Shown here: positions 54,403 to 64,000 of the stretch, one piece after another
Numbering within the stretch: the stretch's first letter is position 1
How the letters are laid out: every line of letters begins with the position of its first letter
Source of the DNA: Candidatus Latescibacterota bacterium
GTDB lineage: Bacteria; Latescibacterota; UBA2968; UBA8231
DNA length: 64,000 nucleotides
Direction: 5' to 3'
Assembly (NCBI GenBank): GCA_965197905.1
Contig: CBDAOB010000003.1
Coordinates: forward strand, 416,001-480,000
Notes under the pieces: generated by a model
Told to the model about the DNA's origin: nothing
Database searches by the model: none
What the model saw: the letters and a program-made list of their open reading frames with translations, nothing else
Position numbers and translations under genes: made by a program

Positions 54403-57256
54403 TCACAGCTTCTTGACCAAGTATCGATATAGCTCCTCGTCATGATGGGAATTTCCATCGGGATCCGCATAGGTGTATCCGGAGAGAAATTCGCCGTATC
54501 CACTATCTTCAAACCCCAATGTCTCGTAGAGTACGCGGGCGGCCTTCTGCTTTGGACTATGCGATGTTACCCGAAGCCCGACGAGACTGATGCCTCTTGC
54601 TCGGACAAGGGCTTCGGCCACTTCCATTAGCTGGCGACCAATCCCCCGACCACGGGCAATCTCCGTAACTCTGAGGTCGCCGACTTCCGCGCAATGTAAC
54701 TCCTCAGCCATGTTTGTACGCTGGCACTTTCCCCCCGGCCAGCTTACAAATACGTACCCAACGGGCTCGGTATCGTCCCACGCTGCTAGGCAAGTAACCT
54801 CACCTGCCTGCTGACCTTCAAATCTTTCGACGTGACGATTGATTGGCGCACCCGCCTCCTCCGGATATGTTGCCACCAAATATCGCACGTCCCTTCCACA
54901 TGAAATCTTTTGCAACTCTGTAACGTGCTCTGCAAATCCAATGAACTGATCGTCCGCTCTCAATTCGGCAGCTCGGTTTTCGATACCAAGCATGTTTCCA
55001 GATGTAGCAAGGTCCAGAAACACCGCCAGTTCGGACGCCGGCGGCGCTACTACTACCCGATCAGCTTCTCCCAATGCTTGAGACTGCGGCTCGGCATATT
55101 CCGAGGTTAGTTGCAATCGCTCTGCGAGGAGTCTCGTCAGGTGGTCTTGTCGAACGGGTATTGCAACAAACTCGTCCGCGCCTGCATCCGCGCTCTCTTT
55201 CCTGTCAGCCTCGAAGGCACTGGCAGTAACAGCCACTAAGACAACCTGGCTTCCCCCAGGTTTCGATTTAATCTCCTTCATCGCGTCATTGCCGTCCATC
55301 ACTGGCATTCGCAAATCCATAAACACAAGGTCAGGATGCCATGTCAGCGTCTTGTCCACGGCGGCGCGCCCGTCCTCAACCTCTTCCACCAGAAATCCCA
55401 GGGGGATCAGCATGTCTACGAGCACCCTGCGATTCTCCTCTTGATCGTCTGCTACCAAGACTTTCCGCGGGTCGCCTTGATAACCGGTAATCTGCTTTGC
55501 CTCCTGAGCAACAGAAGGCGTGTAGTTTGGGAGTTCCTCGACCTCGAGCTCGAACCAGAAGCTGCTGCCCTTTGACAACTCGCTTTGAACCTGCAATTCG
55601 CCTCCCATCAACTCGACCAGGCGGGCACTGATCGGCAGTCCCAGACCTGTCCCCTCTATGGCATCGCTTTGAGCGCCCACTTGCTTGAAACCTTCAAAAA
55701 TCGCCCCAAGCGACTCTTTGGCAATACCGATGCCAGTGTCATCCACTTGAAATCGCAGACGTTTGCCTCCGGACTGGCTGATTCTGAGACTAACATTCCC
55801 ATGTTTGGTGAATTTGATCGCATTGCCAAGTAGATTGGTCAGGATCTGCCGGAGTTTCTTTTCATCCATGCAGACACCCACCGGCACGTCGGTAAATTCG
55901 CAGCTGAACGAGAGACCCCGCTGCTGAGCGCGGATCTTGAAAACGGTTTCTAGATTCTCGATAAGCTCTCGCAAAGAGAATTCGTTCTTCTCGAGCTCCA
56001 TTCGACCGGCTTCCACCTTGGCCATGTCGAGAATGTCGTTGATCAATGAAAGGAGATGCTCACCACTCCGGCGTATTACCTCGACACCCTCATGCTGCTG
56101 CTGGTTCAAGGAGCGATCTCTGCCCAAAATCTGTGCGTAACCGAAGATTCCGTTTAGCGGTGTGCGAAGTTCGTGGCTCATATTGGCCAGAAATGTACTC
56201 TTGGCGCGACTGGCAGCTTCCGCATCTTCTTTGGCTCGACGCAGCTCGGTCTCCGTTCGCCGCTGCACGGAGATACTGTCGTGCAGAGCCCGCTCGGTGC
56301 GTTCGTGTTCGGCGATCTCCCTGGAGAGTTTGCGGTTCGAATGGAATATAGAGGCCGCCACCAGCGCGATTACGAGGAACGGGACACCAGCCCACAGGCC
56401 CACCATTTTCCAGTCGGTTTGACGTTCTACACGCAGATTTACCCATTTCTCCTTTATCAGCTTCTTCTCCTGCTCCGTAAAGCGGGCGAGGGTTTTGTTC
56501 AGAATGGGTACCAACGGCGCCAGGTCCTTGCGGACGCCTATCGATATATCGATATCGTACGGCGTGAGCGCCGCTACTCGCAGATTGGTCAAGCCGAGTT
56601 TTCTCTCGAAGAACTCGATTACCGCCAATTCGCCAACGGTTGCGTCGGCGTCCCCCTTGGCGACTACAAGCATTGCTTCATCCATCCGGTCTACCAGCAT
56701 CAGCTCCAATTCAGGATGGTCGCGTTCGATCCAATACTGCGTGACGTATCCTTTAACAATGGCGACCGATTTTCCTTTGAAATCCCCCAATCCTTCAACG
56801 TGCGGGAAGTCCTTGCGGGAGACGATGACGGTGGGTAACCGCAAATACGGTTCGGTAAAGCTCAGATACTCCGACCGCTTCTGTGTTCATGATGGCTGTG
56901 ATGACATCGATATCGCCACTCCGGGCTCTATTCAGAATCGCATCCCAGGTAAGGCCGTACACCGCCGCCATCTCCAGGTTCAACTGCTCATTGAGAATGC
57001 GGACATAATCCGAGGTTATGCCGGCGTGCTTCTTCTCATCGTCAAAAAATTCAAAGGGTGCCCAGGCCGGCGCAACGCCCACACGAAGGCTGCGATGCGC
57101 TATCAGCCATTTGCGCTCCTCCGGCGTACGCTCGTCCGCCCAAACGTGGAAAACTCCCATCAACACAGCCAACACGGCGATGGGGAATGGGGCGATCGTG
57201 TGGCAGTCCTTCATACCGATTTTGTCCCAGATTTGTGGCAATCGAAACGCATCCAC
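54403..57256 (-). pseudogene. PBP-sensor hybrid histidine kinase (EvgS/BvgS-like) fused at C-terminus to a GNAT acetyltransferase; frameshift near 56880
   Basis: LRVG..P.WAPFEF (PBP); ANMSHELRTPLN, NAIKFT, GTGLGL, VFMDLRMP; C-terminus RGRGIGRQLM...ARVLYETLGF. Confidence 0.8.
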
Positions 57257-57352
57257 CTCAGAGTCTCCGTACTAAGAAAGTATTATGCCATTCCCAAAAC
57301 AAGATCTATCACCTAATATTCGCTGGAGTTTACGTCCCATTTTCCTGATGGA

Positions 57353-57748
57353 GTGCCGGTGGGCGCCAGTGGCCCCAAATCCCCCCAGTCAGACGTCCTG
57401 ATCGTCGATGACACCGTGGCTAACCTTCGTGTGCTTTCGACCATGCTGAGCAGTCAGGGGTATAAGGTCCGTGGAGTAACCTCCGGTCCCATGGCCCTCA
57501 CCGCCGCGAGGGCGGCGCCACCGGCGCTGATTCTTCTTGATATCAAAATGCCCGAGATGGACGGATACGAGGTCTGTCGAGAGCTGAAAGGCGATGAGCA
57601 AACCCGCGCTATTCCGGTCATTTTCATAAGTGCAATCTACGAAGATGTGGATAGGGCCAAGGCATCTGACGCGGGAGGTGCGGATTTCTTGACCAAGCCC
57701 TTTGATATGGACAAGGTCTTGGCATGTGTGGAGAAGCATTTGGCCTGA
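57353..57748 (+). CDS. Single-domain response regulator
   Basis: VLIVDD, ILLDIKMPEMDG, IFISA, FLTKPF. Confidence 0.9.
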   Translation: MPVGASGPKSPQSDVLIVDDTVANLRVLSTMLSSQGYKVRGVTSGPMALTAARAAPPALILLDIKMPEMDGYEVCRELKGDEQTRAIPVIFISAIYEDVDRAKASDAGGADFLTKPFDMDKVLACVEKHLA

Positions 57749-57835
57749 GCGTGACAACAATCTCGTTGTTCGCCCTGCCCTTTCGCGAAGCGAAGCAAAT
57801 GAACATGCTGCTGCAAAGTAGGAGGGTCTAAACAA

Positions 57836-58426
57836 ATGCTGTTCACAGCCAACATCCTGAAGCACATTCCAACGGGCGAAGTTACCCTCGCGTTTCGCCG
57901 CTGGCGTCGCCCGTCGGTCAAGACGAACGGCACGATGAAGACTGGAATAGGTGTGCTTGCGATCGAGAGTGTGGAGAAGATATCTGAGGATGAGATAGCG
58001 GAAGCGGACGCCGTGAACGCGGGATATGCCGACCGTCGCACGCTCCTCGAAGAGCTCCAGGGCAGTGAGGGAGAGCTTTATCGAATTGCATTCTCCTATC
58101 GTGGAGAAGACCCGCGAATCCAGCTCCGGGAGGACGACGCGCTCACCGATTCAGATTTCACAGAGATCTGCGCTCGTCTCAAACGTTTCGACGTAGCGTC
58201 ACGGCAGGGAGCATGGACCCGACAGATTCTCGATGTTATTCGCAAACATCCGGGAGTCGTATCCGGCGAACTATCCAGGATGACCGGCCACGAACAGAAA
58301 TGGTTCAAGGCCCAAGTGCGGAAGTTGAAAAACCTCGGACTGACCATAAGTCTCGAAGTGGGGTACAAACTCTCTCCCCGAGGTACCGCTTTCTTAGACC
58401 GATTGGGTCGAACTGGCTGTGCATGA
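57836..58426 (+). CDS. ASCH-domain plus winged-helix protein
   Basis: G.VTLAFRRWRRP.VK, DPR..LR, FK.QVRKLK.LGLT.SLEVGY.LSPRG. Confidence 0.7.
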   Translation: MLFTANILKHIPTGEVTLAFRRWRRPSVKTNGTMKTGIGVLAIESVEKISEDEIAEADAVNAGYADRRTLLEELQGSEGELYRIAFSYRGEDPRIQLREDDALTDSDFTEICARLKRFDVASRQGAWTRQILDVIRKHPGVVSGELSRMTGHEQKWFKAQVRKLKNLGLTISLEVGYKLSPRGTAFLDRLGRTGCA

Positions 58427-58539
58427 TCGCGCACGCATGCAATAGCCTTGCCGCAAGCAGTTCACCGAGCGCGGGCGCTTTGTGAAGGTGAGGCAGGCCG
58501 ACAGCGGCGGCGCCCACGACGCAACCTTAGGAGATAGGG

Positions 58540-59391
58540 ATGATCAACTTTGTTGGTTCCAATTTTACCTGGAAATCGCACCCTTGGACCCCCGATCCGT
58601 ATTACAAATGGGCCGGTGGTTTTGTTGGCGAGCCCGGACAGATCTATCATGTGCGCTTCAATTTGGAAGGCCACTGTCAGATTCGCGACCCTGCCGCTGG
58701 TGGCGGCGGCACGGAGATATTTCTAGGTGCTCCTTGTCGCTCTGAGTACACCATTGCCCGGCGCAACCTCTTTCAGGTGCCCAGCGCCGAATGGCGCATG
58801 GCTTTCAGCAGAGATCGAAAGGTGGCCATCGCCAGACGGCCCAGCTGGGAAAAGGAAGAAAGCGCCGAAAGATTGCTGAAAGAAGCCCACCAAGACCACC
58901 GCATCGATTTAAGGCGATATTCCGTATACGACGGCCTGGAGGATGCCGGCCAGATCGTCGAGGCGACTTTGGCCAACGACATATTGGGAGCACAGAGCAC
59001 CTATGAGGACCGTGGGTTGGAAGTGACGGTCGAATATCCCGTCAATTTGATCAACATAAACGAAGCCGACAGCGAGTTTCAGATCTGTACCGGACCGGTA
59101 ATTGTGCCCGATTTACAAACCTGGGACGGCAGCCAGGTGAGTCGCGTTTTCCTCGCCCACGCGGCTGTGACCCAGTTCGATCACGTCGAGTTCATTCTGC
59201 AGCGCGAGGTCGACGCGACGCCAGAGGACCGCCAGTGGCTCGACCAACCACAGGGCCGCGACCGGCTGGAGTTGCTCGATCCGAACAACAAACCGCCTGG
59301 CTATCCACCGCCACGCCCGCGCCCGACGGTCTACAACGAAGTGTGGGAATTCGCCGCACGCAACCAGGTCTGGCGCGCCGACAATAATTGA
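58540..59391 (+). CDS. Hypothetical protein
   Basis: 283-aa ORF with AGGAG RBS and coding-like codon usage; no family recognised. Confidence 0.7.
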   Translation: MINFVGSNFTWKSHPWTPDPYYKWAGGFVGEPGQIYHVRFNLEGHCQIRDPAAGGGGTEIFLGAPCRSEYTIARRNLFQVPSAEWRMAFSRDRKVAIARRPSWEKEESAERLLKEAHQDHRIDLRRYSVYDGLEDAGQIVEATLANDILGAQSTYEDRGLEVTVEYPVNLININEADSEFQICTGPVIVPDLQTWDGSQVSRVFLAHAAVTQFDHVEFILQREVDATPEDRQWLDQPQGRDRLELLDPNNKPPGYPPPRPRPTVYNEVWEFAARNQVWRADNN

Positions 59392-59472
59392 CGGCGGTAG
59401 GGTGGTGTATGGCGCCACCGGCCGAAAAGCGAGCAGCGCCGCGCTTTCAAGCAGCTGGGGCCACTCTGTTCG

Positions 59473-59877
59473 TTACGCGTGGTACTGGGTATGGGTAGTT
59501 GCTGAGACGCGCCGGCCGAGGCGGCGGCGAACTTCGCGTTTGAGGAACAGCTTGATCAAGTAGCGGCTCCCCGGTACCAGGGCGGCCAGCCCAACGATGT
59601 CAGTCATGAAGCCGGGGGTAAGAAGCAGAATGCCACCAACCAGAATGATGAAACCGTCGAAGATCTCTTCCGCGGGAAACGCAGCCGTTGCGAGCTCCCG
59701 CTGCAGGCGGCGCAACGCCAGCATCCCCTGGGAACGAGCCAGCCAGGCACCGGAAAATCCCGTGGCAAGCACGATGCCCACGGTGGGCAGAACCCCAAAG
59801 GAATCGCCCGCCTGAATCAGCAGGGCTAGCTCGATGACGGGTACGACGGTGAATAGAAGGAGGAGTTTGACAAACAC
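59473..59877 (-). CDS. fxsA: FxsA family membrane protein
   Basis: LFTVVPVIEL.LLI, G..LARSQG, GGILLLTPGF.TD..G. Confidence 0.9.
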   Translation of the reverse strand: MFVKLLLLFTVVPVIELALLIQAGDSFGVLPTVGIVLATGFSGAWLARSQGMLALRRLQRELATAAFPAEEIFDGFIILVGGILLLTPGFMTDIVGLAALVPGSRYLIKLFLKREVRRRLGRRVSATTHTQYHA

Positions 59878-60114
59878 AAAGCGAATATAGATGAGCCGGA
59901 TGTGGACGGCAAAAGGAGTGTTGTCGGATCGCAGCGTACGAGATCACCACACGGCTCGCGCTACGACCTCTTCCAATTCCTCTTCCCGTCGCGGCACCCG
60001 CTTCCACGCAGAGGGGCGCGAATTCACGGGGTCAGCTTGGAACCGATGCGAGGGCCACACCGGAGAACTAACTACTCTCGGTTGAGAATCGATGCTGAAG
60101 CACGTTTGCCGCTG

Positions 60115-61461
60115 CTAACCCAGACACAACTCGACCACGTTCTTGATCTCCGGGACCATGGTCTCAGTAAAGGTTTCTTTGATCTTGTCCACGTCTTCCA
60201 TCTTGAGCTCGAGCTTGGCCAACAGCTCGTCGGTGTAGACCCCCTTCTCGTCTGGAAGGTATCCGAGGCCCAGATCCTTACTGAGGTTGTTAACCAGGTA
60301 AAGCAGCGCGGTCAGAACGGTGGACGATTCCGTGACTGTATGGTGTGAGCTCACCGCTTCCACCAGCTCTTTTCTAACGTTGGATTTTATGAGCAGCATT
60401 TGCCCCACACGCTCATGGTGTGCCGCCTCTCCGATTCCCGATTCTGCTTCCCGGAAAGAAGCCAAATCGTCACGCCCCTCGGCCATTTGAGTGACCACGT
60501 TTTGAAAGTGATCCCAAAAGAAGAAACCGAGAATCATCTTGCCGATGTCGTGGAGGATGGAGCTGATCCAGTAGGTATCGAAAGGAATTTCCTCTTTCAG
60601 CGGCACCAGCTTGTCGTTGCATATCTTTTCGAAACACATGGCGCAGCCAATGGAGTGCTCCCAGAACCGCCTTAAATCGAAGGAGCTGTCTTCGGGTTTG
60701 ATGAAGGTATTCATCTTCTTGACCTGTTGGGCGATGGCGCCCGCCTTCTTCAGACCAAGACGAACGATAGCTTCCTTGAGATTCCACTTTCCCGTCTTGG
60801 CAGCCCCCGCAAAAGACGGGGCGCTTACCACCTGCAGCAGTTTCTGGACAATGGCAGGATCGTTGAGCAGGAGCTGCTCCAGCGCCTCTATGTTGGCATT
60901 GGGATCATTCACCATGCGCATGATTCGCAGCACGATCTCGGGAATCGCGGGGAGGGTCTGCAATCCTTTTACCCTGATCTCTACCCGCTTCTGCAGCTCC
61001 TCGTAGGGGATCTCCTCCTCATTGTTGATCAGCTCCTCGAGACTGCCCTTCAGGTTCTTGGCGATTACCACGCGTAGAGAGTCTGGAGCGTTCTGAAACG
61101 ACCTTTCCCAGGAGCAGACGAAGACGTTTTCGAGACCTTTGCAGACGATCTTGAGCGAACTTTCCGTTGCCAACGGGCAGAGGATGAAGACTGGAATCTT
61201 GCCCTGAAGGCTCAACGCATACACGAACATTTTGTTGGTGATCTTTTCGTTCTGGACAATAAAAACGCTGCGCACGGTAGTTCCATGACCACGAAGTAAT
61301 CCCGCAGCTTCCTTGAGATCCTCGGCGAGAACTACCTGCTGGGCGTACTGATAGTTCAGGGTCAGAACAATGTATTTGAACAGCGTCTGTTGAACCTTGC
61401 CCTCTTGTTTGACGACGAGACCGTAACTCTCATCAGCGTCCAGTAATGACCTGTTTGTCAT
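60115..61461 (-). CDS. HDOD-domain signalling protein with receiver-like N-terminus
   Basis: LPAIPEIV, DPAIV.KLL.V, AIVRLG, FWEHS, ILHDIGK, H.RVG. Confidence 0.85.
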   Translation of the reverse strand: MTNRSLLDADESYGLVVKQEGKVQQTLFKYIVLTLNYQYAQQVVLAEDLKEAAGLLRGHGTTVRSVFIVQNEKITNKMFVYALSLQGKIPVFILCPLATESSLKIVCKGLENVFVCSWERSFQNAPDSLRVVIAKNLKGSLEELINNEEEIPYEELQKRVEIRVKGLQTLPAIPEIVLRIMRMVNDPNANIEALEQLLLNDPAIVQKLLQVVSAPSFAGAAKTGKWNLKEAIVRLGLKKAGAIAQQVKKMNTFIKPEDSSFDLRRFWEHSIGCAMCFEKICNDKLVPLKEEIPFDTYWISSILHDIGKMILGFFFWDHFQNVVTQMAEGRDDLASFREAESGIGEAAHHERVGQMLLIKSNVRKELVEAVSSHHTVTESSTVLTALLYLVNNLSKDLGLGYLPDEKGVYTDELLAKLELKMEDVDKIKETFTETMVPEIKNVVELCLG

Positions 61462-61507
61462 TGGGAAAAACTCATTCGGGGAGATTCAAGCACGGATAGG
61501 ACGTTGT

Positions 61508-61777
61508 TCACGAATTCGGCTCGAGAAAGCGAAGACCCATTCCGGGAGGAGTCCCGTCGACCTGGCGGACGACTTCAAACTCGCCCACGATGCCCAACTC
61601 ACCACCGGTTTCGGGCATCACTTCCACCTCACAAACCGTCCCGGGTGGAAACACCTCGATGCAGCGGGCAAACAAGCCGGACAGCGAAATATCGTTGGTA
61701 AATCCCTTAATAGTCTTGCCGGCACATCGGATGGTTACGGTGACGTCGAACGGAAGACGTGAATCTCTGGGCTTCAA
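61508..61777 (-). CDS. PilZ-domain protein
   Basis: RDSR, NDISLSGLF, GMGLRF. Confidence 0.75.
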   Translation of the reverse strand: MKPRDSRLPFDVTVTIRCAGKTIKGFTNDISLSGLFARCIEVFPPGTVCEVEVMPETGGELGIVGEFEVVRQVDGTPPGMGLRFLEPNS

Positions 61778-61965
61778 TCGTTAGGTATCCGCTTCGTGAA
61801 TACTGGAAGACGCTGCGAAACAAACTTGGGCGCAGAAGAAATCTGCGATAAATGTAGAGGATTCGGCGTGAGAAGGCTACTCAAGAGGATCGGGCAACAT
61901 TGACCCGTCGGTGCGGATGCCAGAAACCGAAGGCTCCGTTCAGCGGCGGCGGCGGTCCGCACGGC

Positions 61966-63453
61966 TCAGCGGTCCAGGTAGTCCATGCCGCTGAGCAACG
62001 ACCAGCGGTACCGGTCCGGCGGCTGCACCCGGTTTCCCCAGGCCTTGAGAATCTTCTGGTCCTCTCGCTGCGCTCCCATCTGCGCCATCACCCACTCGGG
62101 ATCCCAGTCGTGCAACACCCTGTCGAGCAAACGATCACGAATCTCGAAGCATTTGGGATCTTCGGCACGATCCTCCATCTCCCGCGGGTCTTCGTCCAAG
62201 TTGAATAGCTGACACGGCAGGCCATGGTAATAATTGAGCTTCCAGTCGCCACTACGAACCATCCGTTGAAACACCCCAACCTCCGGATACGACCCACCCT
62301 CACCCTCCCCATCCTGGCAAAACTCCGAAAACGCAATGTCCTCCCACTCGGCAGCTGGATTTCGCAGAATCTCCAGCAGACTGCGCCCGCGCGCCCGCGG
62401 CAAGACAGGAGCCACGAGGGCATCGAGCATAGTGGCGTTGAGGTCGAGCGAACTGATCACTCGTTCACACCGTTCTCCGGCAGGGAGTTGGCCCGGCCAC
62501 GACAAAATGGCGGGCACCTTTGCCGAATCTTCGTAGAAGGTCTGCTTCCACCACAGCCCGTGCTCGCCAACCTGCTCGCCATGGTCGGACATATAGAGAA
62601 TGAGGGTGTTGTCGGCCAGCCCGTTGCGGTGCAGAGCTTCGAGAATCTGCCCGATCATGGTGTCCATGCGCGTCACCAGCGCCCAATACGCCGTACGGGC
62701 GCGGAGCACCTCTTCATCCCCAACTACAACCGTATCGGTAGCCTGCCGCCACTCGGCGATGTGAGGGTGTAGTGTTTCGGAAAACGGTTCCGGCGTGCGC
62801 GGCATCGTCATCCTGCCCTGGTAGATCTCGTAATCCTCCTGCCGCGCCACGAACGGCTGGTGCGGTAACATAAATCCGACGGAGATCGAAAATGGCTCGT
62901 AACCACTGGAACGTTTCTTGGCACCGAGGCGGTTCAGGCAGTCGATGGTTGCCGTTGTCACCTCCTCATCATGGACCTGGTAGGAGCTCTGCCCTGGTCC
63001 CGAGTTGGTCAGACTGATGCGCGCTGGCCCGGCGCACCCGTTCAAATCGCCACGATCGGCGACCGGTTTTCCGCCCGGGTGGTTTGGAGAGTGGTCTCCC
63101 ACCAGACGCTCGGCGTAACCGTGCAGCTGGTCTGGCCCCAGAGAATGCATACGCCCGATGAGCACCGGCCGGTAGCCGGCGGCACCCATTGCATGAGCGA
63201 ACGTCGGGATACCCGAGCTCAGGATGTGGCTGTTGGTCCAAACGTGATTTTCATACGGATACCGTCCGCTGAGCATCGACATGCGCGAGGGCACGCAGAT
63301 CGGCGACGGACAATAGACGTTGTCGAGAACCACACCATTGGCGGCGAGAGCGTCGAGATGTGGGGTCTGCACCAGCGCGTCGCCGTAGCAGCCAGCCACG
63401 AACGGACTGTGTTGATCCGAATGAATGTAGAGAAGGTTGGGTCGCTCACGCAT
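61966..63453 (-). CDS. Sulfatase (choline-sulfatase-like)
   Basis: PNLLYIHSDQH, CVPSR formylglycine motif, SDHGE..GEHGLW.K. Confidence 0.9.
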   Translation of the reverse strand: MRERPNLLYIHSDQHSPFVAGCYGDALVQTPHLDALAANGVVLDNVYCPSPICVPSRMSMLSGRYPYENHVWTNSHILSSGIPTFAHAMGAAGYRPVLIGRMHSLGPDQLHGYAERLVGDHSPNHPGGKPVADRGDLNGCAGPARISLTNSGPGQSSYQVHDEEVTTATIDCLNRLGAKKRSSGYEPFSISVGFMLPHQPFVARQEDYEIYQGRMTMPRTPEPFSETLHPHIAEWRQATDTVVVGDEEVLRARTAYWALVTRMDTMIGQILEALHRNGLADNTLILYMSDHGEQVGEHGLWWKQTFYEDSAKVPAILSWPGQLPAGERCERVISSLDLNATMLDALVAPVLPRARGRSLLEILRNPAAEWEDIAFSEFCQDGEGEGGSYPEVGVFQRMVRSGDWKLNYYHGLPCQLFNLDEDPREMEDRAEDPKCFEIRDRLLDRVLHDWDPEWVMAQMGAQREDQKILKAWGNRVQPPDRYRWSLLSGMDYLDR

Positions 63454-63578
63454 CTTGGGCTGTAAGGTTGCTCAGAAAATGCCACAAGGATGGGTGGCCG
63501 GCTTGGGCAGCGGCCGCCCGTCGCGATTGCATATAACTCTACTGTTAAATATGTTGGCCGTCCAGGTGACAACGGACC

Positions 63579-64000
63579 ATGACCTCCATAGAACCGAAAG
63601 CTATCACCTACGGCATGTTCATCATGCCCTTTCATCCGCCAGACAAACCCCTGTCCCGGTGTTTCGACGAGGACATTGAACTGGTTGTTCGAGCGGAGGA
63701 GCTCGGCTTCGACGAGTTCTGGATCGGGGAGCACCACACTATGAGGTACGAGCCGATCGTCGTGCCGGAGGTCTTCATCGGCAGGCTGCTCGGCGAGACC
63801 GAGCGCATTCGCCTTGGACCGGCTCCGGTCTGTCTCAACCAACACCACCCGGCGTACGTAGCCACTCGACTGGCATTCCTCGACCACCTCTCGAAGGGAC
63901 GGTTGAATCTTTGTTTCGGTCCCGGAAGCGTTACTGCCGACCAGGAGCTGTACGGACTGGACCCCAAGCTTGGGGGCGCCATGACCCTTGAAGCGATCGA
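63579..64000 (+). CDS. LLM flavin-dependent monooxygenase, partial (runs off window)
   Basis: YGMFIMPFHPP...AEELGFDEFWIGEHH...LDHLSKGRL. Confidence 0.85.
   Translation, partial: MTSIEPKAITYGMFIMPFHPPDKPLSRCFDEDIELVVRAEELGFDEFWIGEHHTMRYEPIVVPEVFIGRLLGETERIRLGPAPVCLNQHHPAYVATRLAFLDHLSKGRLNLCFGPGSVTADQELYGLDPKLGGAMTLEAI

Overview
Bacterial chromosomal mosaic from an accessory, metabolism-rich region. The gene repertoire (four PhyH-type Fe/2OG dioxygenases, three luciferase-like monooxygenases, a sulfatase, a CBM9/DUF5916-type outer-membrane protein, an FlgD-Ig/T9SS-type C-terminal domain, a 14-blade propeller hybrid kinase) suggests an FCB-group organism such as Latescibacterota; this placement is inference only. 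No rRNA, intact tRNA, CRISPR array or intact transposase was seen. Recognisable modules: tmpA-tmpB-like phosphonate oxygenase pair; a form II-type cox cluster (coxD-coxE, mocA-coxF, coxG-coxS-coxL-coxM); porin-binding protein-hybrid kinase; ankyrin-APH(6)-ankyrin; PilZ-HDOD. Two genes that the ORF track splits appear to be selenoproteins: each has an in-frame TGA at the redox motif followed by a 7-bp SECIS-like hairpin. One is a UGSC-family variant with an unusual U-C-G-A motif and a large insertion; the other is a predicted secreted UxxC redoxin fused to an FlgD-Ig domain. A candidate new regulatory module has an XRE-HTH fused to an apparently catalytically dead ClpA/B NBD1, followed by ~21-bp direct repeats and a small HTH gene. 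The window also has many frameshifts and 'collapsed' genes whose N- and C-termini are joined by internal deletions, which could be genome erosion or assembly error. All family assignments come from motif recognition, not database searches.
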